Below are positions 19,239 through 27,204 of a DNA stretch of 64,000 bases, piece after piece. Location of the stretch: the NCBI GenBank assembly GCA_025823825.1, contig GCA_025823825.1_4720.1, one strand, 5' to 3'. The translations under genes and the position numbers were made by a program. The first letter of the stretch is position 1. Each line of letters begins with the position of its first letter. The notes below the pieces were generated by a model. That model was not told the DNA's origin and searched no databases. It saw nothing but the letters and a program-made list of their open reading frames with translations. Source of the DNA: a phage.

Positions 19239-19682
19239 TTAGCAGTACGTGTCGTTCAACACGCGACTCACGTCTAAATGTTCTAGTTGATGTATAATGC
19301 CATCAGCAATGCGTTGTAGATAGGCTGTCTTATCCAATACCGAATCCGATGAAATCGCCCAGTAGGCTTCTGATACCCGATATTCGCTACCTTCACCGAG
19401 ACTGACCTGATTAACCAGCTTCACATCAGCGTATCTCGTCCCACGTTCAGCGTACCAGTAGATGTTTTCCAGTACGTCCTTTCCCGTTTGTGAAAACACA
19501 AACCAAAGCTTCACGTCTAAGCCGGATACTTCGACATCAACGCAGCGAAGATGATTCTCCAAAGGCGCAAAAGAGGCTAAACGTTCCAGCGCGTTTTGCA
19601 GCGTGGGGTGATTAAGCTTTTCTAGATCTTTAGCGGGTTGTTTAGATGATAGCGCGATCGATTTACAGAATTTGGTTTCCAC
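19239..19682 (-). CDS. hypothetical protein (147 aa), GTG start
   Basis: Track ORF; GTG start with AGAGGAA 7 nt upstream. Confidence 0.5.
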   Translation of the reverse strand: METKFCKSIALSSKQPAKDLEKLNHPTLQNALERLASFAPLENHLRCVDVEVSGLDVKLWFVFSQTGKDVLENIYWYAERGTRYADVKLVNQVSLGEGSEYRVSEAYWAISSDSVLDKTAYLQRIADGIIHQLEHLDVSRVLNDTYC

Positions 19683-19712
19683 GGTAGGTTCCTCTTGATA
19701 GATGGTAGTAAC

Positions 19713-19732
19713 GGGGATACCGCGGTATCCCC
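19713..19732. promoter_or_regulatory. perfect 20-nt palindrome GGGGATACCGCGGTATCCCC
   Basis: Lies about 30 nt upstream of the start of 19239..19682; the half-site GGGATACC recurs at 33.06 kb. Confidence 0.5.
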
Positions 19733-19790
19733 TAAGTCTTTATAACACATTCCAAGCCATATTGGATACAGGCTCGTTACGTTCGATGAA

Positions 19791-20192
19791 TCACATCAGT
19801 TGTTCTTTAAGTTGGGTTAACTTATTCGCAACGATGGTCTCAACATCGATGATCTTGTTCATGTTGTCGAGGGTATCCTGCCAGATGAAAATATCCACAG
19901 AACGGGTTCCGGCTAACCCGTTCTCAGGACGATGGTCGCGGGTCACGTAGCGTGGTCTCTGCGGGCAGGTTTGTAACTCGATCCAAAGCGCATCTAACGG
20001 ACCACGGTCCGTGACACCTAAGGCGAAGAATTCACCTCGTACGACCAGAACATCATCAGCCGTCCTGACACGGGTTGATCCTTCGTACACCAATTCCATC
20101 TTTGCTCGGCAGGCTGGGTTCTCGTTCCACGCCTGGACGGCATCGGCAAGGGCTATTGACGTTGCGGTGGTGTTCGTTTGATCATGTTGCAT
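19791..20192 (-). CDS. hypothetical protein (133 aa)
   Basis: Track ORF. Confidence 0.5.
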   Translation of the reverse strand: MQHDQTNTTATSIALADAVQAWNENPACRAKMELVYEGSTRVRTADDVLVVRGEFFALGVTDRGPLDALWIELQTCPQRPRYVTRDHRPENGLAGTRSVDIFIWQDTLDNMNKIIDVETIVANKLTQLKEQLM

Positions 20193-20269
20193 TCTAAGCT
20201 CCTGTAACGCTCTCTAAGCGTCGTTTTAAGTTAAGGTATAGTTTCCCTTCTTTGGATTCGTTTATTGCG

Positions 20270-20545
20270 TTATACGGCTTTTCTGTGCGCGTAGAACGCC
20301 TTCGTTCCGTTGTTGATTGCTTCAACCACATCCCGGGTTAACACAACGGCGTTATCGCTTCGAGACGACGGTGCGTAATACCCTTCACCGTTCTCGGTAA
20401 TCAGGCGATAACGGACTAAGCCTATGCTCGGTTCAACACGTAGCACCTTTTCAAGTTTGTATTTGATGATCTTCGTCAGGCTGACTGTGTCTGACGCGTA
20501 GATTGCTTTATAAACCTTGTTCTTTGCTGTCGGTTTCATCAACAT
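20270..20545 (-). CDS. hypothetical protein (91 aa)
   Basis: Track ORF. Confidence 0.45.
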   Translation of the reverse strand: MLMKPTAKNKVYKAIYASDTVSLTKIIKYKLEKVLRVEPSIGLVRYRLITENGEGYYAPSSRSDNAVVLTRDVVEAINNGTKAFYAHRKAV

Positions 20546-20585
20546 GATTTCTGTTGTACTTTCCTTTTCGCTTGTTGGTGTTGGA

Positions 20586-20885
20586 TTAAGGTTTAGGTTC
20601 CGTTTTGTGTTGTGTGAGTAGTGTGTTGATCTGCTCCCGTTGTTCTTTTAAGTATGCGGGAAGCTGGTCTTCCCATACCGTTCCGATTTCCAACGTGATG
20701 TACCAGCGTTGTTCGGAAGCCAGCCATTGAAAACCGCTCTGTAAACGAAGGATGCTAGGATCACGTACCTTGCTTGCGCTGTAACGGTTGAACCAATCCA
20801 GGTATTCTGCTTTCCCTTCATCGTCGGCAACGTAACGCTGCACGCTGTTCTTCCCTTTGTTCTCGTATCCCGTTGCACGTATCAT
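20586..20885 (-). CDS. hypothetical protein (about 100 aa)
   Basis: Track ORF 20586..20939; the internal ATG at 20885 gives an ATGA overlap with the upstream stop; start choice is uncertain. Confidence 0.45.
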   Translation of the reverse strand: MIRATGYENKGKNSVQRYVADDEGKAEYLDWFNRYSASKVRDPSILRLQSGFQWLASEQRWYITLEIGTVWEDQLPAYLKEQREQINTLLTQHKTEPKP

Positions 20886-21664
20886 GCGAGCGTTGCTCCC
20901 GTATCGTGTTGCGTATGGCGTAGCATGGTAGCATCCCATTGTACGATCCGGCTCCGGCTTACCCGCATCATGATGGATTCGTCATCAAGCCCTGGTTGCA
21001 CAACCGGCAACCAACGTTCGTTAAGCACCTTCGCTTCAACGCGTTTCTTGCGGGGATTGTAACGCACCTCGCTAACCCAAGCGAATCCAAGTGGATGCAC
21101 AACCCGTGGATAATACATGCGGAGCAATTGATGCATCCGATCTGTCACCTCCAGGTTAACATCCACCATGTAAGGTTTCACCATGGTAAGCTTTTTGGTG
21201 TAATACGTTCCAACGGTATGGTTACGCCAGCATGGCAAGGCATGATCCCCTTCTCTCAGTTTGCTATCCGGGTTCATCGGCCAGAACTGCTGTTCACCGC
21301 CCAGCATCGCGTGCCGCCGATCAACGCAACGAACCTGATCGGCGAACAATGGATCCAGGATATCATCCACCGCGCCCTTATTGCGATAACCGTGATGTAC
21401 CACCAACCTGCTTGCGCTCATCCGTTGCGGATGCTGGCTCTTATGCGCATACAGTCCTCCATCACCGCGCGTGTCGTAAAGATAGCCGCATGCGCCACGC
21501 CATATCACCTTGCCTACGGTTCTCTCGTTTTCAAGCAGCATCGTCGGCCCATCAAGCAAATTGGTGAACCACTGCACCTTCACGCATTCCGCTTGGACAT
21601 GCTCAGGTAATGCCTGATACTCTTTTTGGGTGTATAAGGTATCAAAAATGATTTCATCGTTCAT
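20882..21664 (-). CDS. hypothetical protein (260 aa), first gene of the operon
   Basis: AGAGGA about 10 nt upstream of ATG; the promoter-like motif lies about 100 nt upstream. A 223-aa antisense ORF on the plus strand was rejected. Confidence 0.55.
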   Translation of the reverse strand: MNDEIIFDTLYTQKEYQALPEHVQAECVKVQWFTNLLDGPTMLLENERTVGKVIWRGACGYLYDTRGDGGLYAHKSQHPQRMSASRLVVHHGYRNKGAVDDILDPLFADQVRCVDRRHAMLGGEQQFWPMNPDSKLREGDHALPCWRNHTVGTYYTKKLTMVKPYMVDVNLEVTDRMHQLLRMYYPRVVHPLGFAWVSEVRYNPRKKRVEAKVLNERWLPVVQPGLDDESIMMRVSRSRIVQWDATMLRHTQHDTGATLA

Positions 21665-21754
21665 TTAAAAGATCCTCTGTTTTTCACGTTAATTAAACAA
21701 CGTATTGATTTCTATTCGATAGCAATACGAACATCGTACGTATGCATCATGAAG

Positions 21755-21771
21755 GTAATATAGCCGTGAAA
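21755..21771 (-). promoter_or_regulatory. promoter-like motif, copy 2 (TATATTAC core)
   Basis: Minus-strand reading TTTCACGGCTATATTACCTTCATGA; identical 17-nt core to copy 1. Confidence 0.55.
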
Positions 21772-22464
21772 GGATTTGTGTTACAGAAGGGTTTTGTTGT
21801 TTTTAAGAAGGGATGGATTTAGAAGAGGTGTTTCAAGGAAGGTAAACGAGGATAGGTATTTTGATTTAAGTAAGTAAGATGTTATCTGTATTTGTTAAAA
21901 GTGTATTGTTTATCTTAGGTTATGTCTTATTGTTTAATCGTTTAATATTTTTATCTACGTAGGTTTAACTCTATCTTGTTTGTATATTTAAATTAATTTA
22001 AAAGTAAGTCAATAAGCGTATCTTCAAAACAATGGATAACATGTGTTTACTACCTTAACGGTAACACATGTCATCTGTGCATTACACTCCGTTACATGCT
22101 GGTTAAATCGGATAACTCAAAAAAACATTTGTGATACTCTTCTTCACGTTGTTCATCAGAGTATCTCGTCTATACTCATTGCATTCGTATACGACATAAC
22201 CGTTATACGCTAACGCTACGCTTATAGCTTGATAACTCTAAGGATAAAAACATAAACTCGCTTCGCTCGTTTAGTTTTTCTTTTTCTTAGAGTTATCCTG
22301 TTGCTCGTCTCTAAAGGACTTCGCTCCTCCCCCGTCCCCCGAAGGGGCCGAGGTCGTGGAAATTTTACTTTCCAAATACATTTACAACATCTGTAAACTT
22401 TTACTCCAGGTACTTAATCTTATCATTAGAAATTATAAAAGAGAAGAATAAACATAAACATAAA

Positions 22465-22496
22465 CCTTCCTCCAACCCAGCAGGGAAGGAGGAAGG
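22465..22496. terminator. conserved CCTCC/GGAGG hairpin element (family member 4)
   Basis: CCTTCCTCC-AACCC-AGCA-GGGAA-GGAGGAAGG, 12 nt downstream of the stop of 22508..23401; CATAAACATAAA on the 5' flank. Confidence 0.6.
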
Positions 22497-22507
22497 GAGA
22501 GATTAAA

Positions 22508-23401
22508 TTATTCGGAAACGTTATAGCCGAATACTGCTTTACCGTAGGTGTGGGTACCGTCAGCTAACGACACCACTAACACATTGCTGTACGTAGCGTT
22601 AACACCATTGTCGGTAGAACTGGTGGTAGCACCGTTATAGACAAAGGTAGCTGTTTGCAGATTGGTTTTCAGTTCATTGATGATATCATCACTTACGCCG
22701 GTCTGCTCTTTGATCAGGGTGGTCAGGTTACCTGCTAAGCTTGCATCGATCTTGGTGTCGTTACTGGTAATAGCTTGTAAACCTGCAGTGTAGGTGCTGA
22801 AGTCTAACGGATAGGTTAACAGACGCGCTGAGGTCTTGGTACCATCGCCTTCATCAACGTAGGTTAAGTTACCCAGGTTGGTAACCTCGATGATGTTAGC
22901 CAGATCCAGCGTGGTGTTATAAACTTTAACTTGAACAGAGCCATACCACGCCAACGAATCTTCTTTGGCTTCCAGGGTGATCGTCTGGATACCAGACTGA
23001 TCGAAGGTAACCGGAGTAGCTAACGTTTCGGCTTTGATGTCTTTCGCTTTATCCAGGAACTTCTCACCGGAAGGCGTGATCATACCGTAGCGTTGAGCTA
23101 CAAGGTCAACCACATCACCGATGGTGGTGTTCGCCTCAACGTTAACACGTACGGCGATCTTCTGGAACCACTTAGCCAGATCCAGACGATGGTAGGTAAC
23201 ATCGCGGTTATTGAAGTAAGGGGTACCTTCACCAGGACTAAGTGTTAAAGTTGCTTCTGGAGCAGAAGGATTCTTTTCTTTAAGGACGTATTTAAGGTCG
23301 GTATATTTAAAGCTGGCACCAGTGTCAGCGTTAAGCTGGTTGATCTCATCAACGATAAGTTGCCAAGGTGTTTTTAAAGTAAGCGATACTTGAGCAGTCA
23401 T
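22508..23401 (-). CDS. abundant Thr/Ser/Asn-rich protein, probably structural (297 aa)
   Basis: Track ORF 22508..23677 trimmed to the ATG at 23401 (GAGGAAG upstream); codon usage is biased toward E. coli-preferred codons. Confidence 0.6.
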   Translation of the reverse strand: MTAQVSLTLKTPWQLIVDEINQLNADTGASFKYTDLKYVLKEKNPSAPEATLTLSPGEGTPYFNNRDVTYHRLDLAKWFQKIAVRVNVEANTTIGDVVDLVAQRYGMITPSGEKFLDKAKDIKAETLATPVTFDQSGIQTITLEAKEDSLAWYGSVQVKVYNTTLDLANIIEVTNLGNLTYVDEGDGTKTSARLLTYPLDFSTYTAGLQAITSNDTKIDASLAGNLTTLIKEQTGVSDDIINELKTNLQTATFVYNGATTSSTDNGVNATYSNVLVVSLADGTHTYGKAVFGYNVSE

Positions 23402-23540
23402 TTTCTTCCTCGATAGTTGGTACATCACTCTCAAAAGATGTAAGTGTTTACAGAAATTAATATATTTTATATTAAATGTGAATATTATGGAGAACGACTC
23501 CGAATCTCCTTTTCGACCATCAAAATCAGAGGACACGAAC

Positions 23541-24086
23541 ATGTCTACTTTAGACTTTAACAAAGCAGCGAAATCCCTTCTGCTTGATCTTATTAACACC
23601 AAAGCGACCCGCACATTGGCTGAAGAAGAACTGCAGTTCGGTACTCCGCAGGAATCTTCCGAACATGAAAAGAACACCGTTATTCAGCTGGACGCGGCGG
23701 CTGAAGCAGCTAACCTGCAGGGTACTCAGCAGTTCTACTACGATCGTCTGGCTCTGTCTGACGTTTTCGCTGATGTAACTGGTGATGTTACTTTCGAACT
23801 GCCGCACGGTACTGACAGCATTCAGGCTTCTGAGCTGGTAAGCAAGCTGGTCACCAAATTCGGTCTGGCTTCCCTGAATGGTGAAATCAGAGAAGAAACC
23901 TTCCAGCTGTCTGCCGGTACTGTTGGTGAGGTAATTCTGAATGCGATCGAGGGTGGCCTGGTATACACTGGTACTCTGCGAGTTGCCCTGACCTACGCAC
24001 TGGCACCAAAAGACGAACTGGCAACCGTTCTGGCGAATAACGTAGCTGAAGGTTTCGAGAAACCGACCGTTAGCGTTGTTGGCTAA
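23541..24086 (+). CDS. abundant small protein, probably structural (181 aa)
   Basis: ATG with AGAGGA 8 nt upstream; very strong codon bias (CTG, GGT, CGT, ACC, CCG); the antisense ORF 23550..24095 was rejected. Confidence 0.65.
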   Translation: MSTLDFNKAAKSLLLDLINTKATRTLAEEELQFGTPQESSEHEKNTVIQLDAAAEAANLQGTQQFYYDRLALSDVFADVTGDVTFELPHGTDSIQASELVSKLVTKFGLASLNGEIREETFQLSAGTVGEVILNAIEGGLVYTGTLRVALTYALAPKDELATVLANNVAEGFEKPTVSVVG

Positions 24087-24284
24087 TAAGCACATAGAGC
24101 AATAGTATGGGTTTTGTACAGCTCGGCTATTGATCTTCTACAATTTGGTTGTAACAATCTGCGTGGTTGCACGCTTATCTTTCTCATTGAACGCTTCGTA
24201 TGAAGCGTGGTGTTGAAAGGGTTGTGGATCTCCTCAAGCGGCCAGGGACCCAGACCAACCTGAATAAACACAAACACATGTTAA

Positions 24285-24318
24285 GCCCCTCCTCATCCGT
24301 TATTGGGTGGGGAGGGGT
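24285..24318. terminator. GC-rich hairpin between convergent genes (divergent family member)
   Basis: GCCCCTCC ... GGAGGGGT around a longer loop. Confidence 0.4.
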
Positions 24319-24380
24319 CTTATACGTCTTTATGCGTTCCGTTCGTTCTGGATCGTTTTAGGACGGTTTATGATGGTGTT

Positions 24381-25016
24381 TTACTCAACACTGAACCCGT
24401 TCAAGATGATCGCTTCATAACGCTTACGTTCACGACGTTTGCGTGCCTGCCAACCGTAGATGAATTTCTCATCTTTCTCACGACGTTCCGCTAATTCGAT
24501 GTAATAGGTGCTCTGCATATCCAGCATCGCGTCGATGAGATAATCCTTACCGGTTGCACCACGCTTAGCGATGTAAGCATCAAGAGCTGCCAGTGATTTG
24601 GGACCCATTGCACCATCAGCATCAATATCTTTCCAGTAAGTTTGACGGTTGTTCATGACGTTCAGGTAACGCTGGAGGTTCTTAACTGCGACTGATTTGC
24701 CTGCGTTGATACCCAGGTCAAAGAGACGGTCAGCTAAAAACACAGAACGTTTCATGACTTCATCAAGCTTCATCTTATCCCAGAAGTGGGTCTTGTAGAT
24801 AAAGAACGCCATTTCCGTGGTAAGGTTACGCATGTTACCGTTCCAGCCGAATTTCGTTTTCAGTGTGGTTTTGTATTGATTGGCAAGCGCTTGCGTAATG
24901 CCGTGGTTTGTGATTCCGCCCGAATCATCGGGATCGTCGACGTAACCTGCTTCGATGCTGGTTTTGTCGCGAATGATAAATTCGCACGTAAAATCTTTTT
25001 CAGTAATCTTAGCCAT
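24381..25016 (-). CDS. endolysin, GH108-type muramidase with probable peptidoglycan-binding domain
   Basis: N-terminal ...EAGYVDDPDDSGGITNHGIT... matches the GH108 signature; no signal peptide. Confidence 0.75.
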   Translation of the reverse strand: MAKITEKDFTCEFIIRDKTSIEAGYVDDPDDSGGITNHGITQALANQYKTTLKTKFGWNGNMRNLTTEMAFFIYKTHFWDKMKLDEVMKRSVFLADRLFDLGINAGKSVAVKNLQRYLNVMNNRQTYWKDIDADGAMGPKSLAALDAYIAKRGATGKDYLIDAMLDMQSTYYIELAERREKDEKFIYGWQARKRRERKRYEAIILNGFSVE

Positions 25017-25059
25017 TAGAACTCCTCGTTGGAATAACGATTTAGAGGAATAGGAAGGG

Positions 25060-25132
25060 TCTAGAACGCGATAAACGATTTAATCCAGGCAAACCCCAGG
25101 TTAAACTTTTCTAAGCGTTAGAACGCGTTCTA
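25060..25132. promoter_or_regulatory. repeated half-site TAGAACGCG, including palindrome TAGAACGCGTTCTA
   Basis: One direct copy at about 25060-25070 and a perfect 14-nt palindrome at 25119-25132, upstream of the endolysin start. Confidence 0.45.
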
Positions 25133-25142
25133 GAGCGCAATA

Positions 25143-27191
25143 TCAAATACCTTTGGTTCCCTTCACGTGATGTGCGATTTCTTCAACCATTGCACGCAGA
25201 GCACGAAGCTGTTGGTCGTGTTCGTACCAACCGCCTAACAGAACCCCGCTATACACCATGGTGTCAAGACTTAACAGTCCTTTATCTGATACGTTGATCA
25301 TTTCAGGGAACTGTTCTTGAACACGCTGTGCGATAACACCGATCTTCTCTACATCAGGATCGTAGTTGTGGCGGAAACGGGCAAGCCCGCTGCGCGCCAT
25401 TTCGCGTAAACGCTCACTAAGAGACTCTGGGTGGTCTTTCAGATAACGGATGTCGTGTTTACTGCGCTCATCCGAGCGAATGTATGCGTTAGGAACATCG
25501 ATGTTGCTGTTGAAGTACAACGCACTACCACCACCTGCAGAGTTCCCCCAATAGAAGCGTGTGATCTCACCGCCGCCATTCTCCGTGATGATGACATGTT
25601 TACCTAAACGCGTACCACCATTACCATCAACGAAGACCAGTTTGTTTCCGCTGTAAGAACCCCAGAACAAGCGTGTATCGATGATGTGTGTTGCAGCGAG
25701 ACGGGCGTTACGTGGTGTAGAATACACGGTGTTAACATCTTGCTGTGCATGCGCATCGGAAGCGATACCGTAGTTCTGTACGTTACCTAACCCAACCTGC
25801 GCTTTCGTAACAGCATGAGGGTTATCCCGACGGTTAGCGTGAGCGTTAACCAGATCGCCCGCTAATTTCTGAATTGCCCAGTTGGTAGACTGTGGTGTCA
25901 TGTAACGGTTAGTTGCAGAACCACCTTGCGCTTCAGCTTGGTTAGCGGTTGGGTAGTTCTCAACACTTCCTAACCCTACTTGTGCTTTAGACACTTGGTG
26001 TGGGTTATTCTTGTCAGCGATGTGTGCATTAAGCGGAACTAACGCAAAGGTCTCAATGGACGCTTTGGTTGTGTTCGGTGCCATTAATCGGTTAGCTGCA
26101 ACACCGGCACGCGCTTCTTCTTCAGAAGCCATTGGGTAGTCTTGCACATTCCCCAACCCAACCTGCGCTTTGGTTACCCTGTGTGGGTTGTTGTAATCGG
26201 CTTTATGCGCATTAAGTGGGATCAATGCGAACTGTTCAATCGCTGCAGCGGTGCGTAGCGGCGTCATGAAACGGTTGTTCGCTGTTCCGGCTTTCGCCTC
26301 ATCATCCGAAGCGGTCGGGAAGTTATCAACGTTCCCAAGGTTAACCTGCGCTTTCGTAACAGCATGAGGGTTATCCCGACGGTTAGCATGCGCGTCGACT
26401 AGATCGCCTGCCAGTTTAGCAATCGCCCATCCAACCGTCTGTGCCGTCATGTAACGGTCAGGTGCAGTACCGGCTTCTGCCTCCGCCTTGTTTGCGGTAG
26501 GATAGTTCTGTACGTTACCTAGTCCGACTTGGGCTTTTGTTACTTCGTGCGGGTTATCGGTACGGTTAGCGTGAGCGTAATGCAGATCGGTCAGATCTTT
26601 ATCCGCCGCTTGCATGTCTTTGCGTAGCTGATCGATTGCCGCCCAGAGACGGTTATCGGACGCAGCATCACCGATAAGTATTGCGGCCTTCAGTGAGTAG
26701 ATCGCTAAGCAAAGATGTTCGGTACCGTAAATAGCACTAACGTGGTGGATGTGTGGTTCAGGCGGATAGAGTTCCGGTTTGTTCTTGATGTCGTCCCAGT
26801 TGATCGGACGATCGTCAAGTTTGAGTTCTTCGATAGCCTGATATAACGCGTCAATAAGACTTACGTAAACACCACCGATGATACGATAGTCGTTAATTAA
26901 CGTCCCCTCGATATCATCGTTGATGATGGCGATCGCCGCACAGATTTCTTTACCTGCGTAAAGCGTCGCATCCTGATACAAGAAGATGGGTTTATAATCC
27001 ACGCCTCGTACCAGTGTCTTACCGGTAAGCTTTTCAGTGATGACCAGACTTTCGGTAAAGAACGGTCCGCCATCAAGGGCGTAACATTTATTCTCGGTTC
27101 GTGGAACGGTATGCTCTTCACCAACGATGTGGTTGCTGGCGAGTGTACCGGTCCAGTCCTCGGGGTACTTCAGGGTAATTGGTGTCGACAT
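25143..27191 (-). CDS. tail fibre protein with repeat array and C-terminal intramolecular chaperone domain
   Basis: Five repeats of about 55 aa, each with NPH.VTKAQVGLGNV.N[YF]P.A...EA.AGT; C-terminal ...SDERSKHDIRYL... resembles the autoproteolytic chaperone domain (peptidase S74-like) of tail fibres and spikes. Confidence 0.75.
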   Translation of the reverse strand: MSTPITLKYPEDWTGTLASNHIVGEEHTVPRTENKCYALDGGPFFTESLVITEKLTGKTLVRGVDYKPIFLYQDATLYAGKEICAAIAIINDDIEGTLINDYRIIGGVYVSLIDALYQAIEELKLDDRPINWDDIKNKPELYPPEPHIHHVSAIYGTEHLCLAIYSLKAAILIGDAASDNRLWAAIDQLRKDMQAADKDLTDLHYAHANRTDNPHEVTKAQVGLGNVQNYPTANKAEAEAGTAPDRYMTAQTVGWAIAKLAGDLVDAHANRRDNPHAVTKAQVNLGNVDNFPTASDDEAKAGTANNRFMTPLRTAAAIEQFALIPLNAHKADYNNPHRVTKAQVGLGNVQDYPMASEEEARAGVAANRLMAPNTTKASIETFALVPLNAHIADKNNPHQVSKAQVGLGSVENYPTANQAEAQGGSATNRYMTPQSTNWAIQKLAGDLVNAHANRRDNPHAVTKAQVGLGNVQNYGIASDAHAQQDVNTVYSTPRNARLAATHIIDTRLFWGSYSGNKLVFVDGNGGTRLGKHVIITENGGGEITRFYWGNSAGGGSALYFNSNIDVPNAYIRSDERSKHDIRYLKDHPESLSERLREMARSGLARFRHNYDPDVEKIGVIAQRVQEQFPEMINVSDKGLLSLDTMVYSGVLLGGWYEHDQQLRALRAMVEEIAHHVKGTKGI

Positions 27192-27204
27192 AACCTGGAG
27201 GTCC

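Noticed and set aside
20939-21610. 223-aa plus-strand ORF opposite the 260-aa minus-strand gene
   Set aside because: The minus-strand gene has a Shine-Dalgarno sequence and a promoter-like motif upstream and continues the operon; the plus-strand ORF has neither. This is a judgement call of modest confidence.
22300-22370. Possible tRNA in the AT-rich non-coding region
   Set aside because: The GC-rich stem-loop has no T-loop GTTCRANYC consensus, no anticodon-stem geometry and no cloverleaf-compatible pairing.
23550-24095. 181-aa minus-strand ORF
   Set aside because: Mirror image of the plus-strand gene 23541..24086, which has the Shine-Dalgarno sequence and the strong codon bias.
24083-24277. 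64-aa minus-strand ORF in an intergenic gap
   Set aside because: No Shine-Dalgarno sequence; it overlaps the terminator region between convergent genes and is basic and cysteine-rich.
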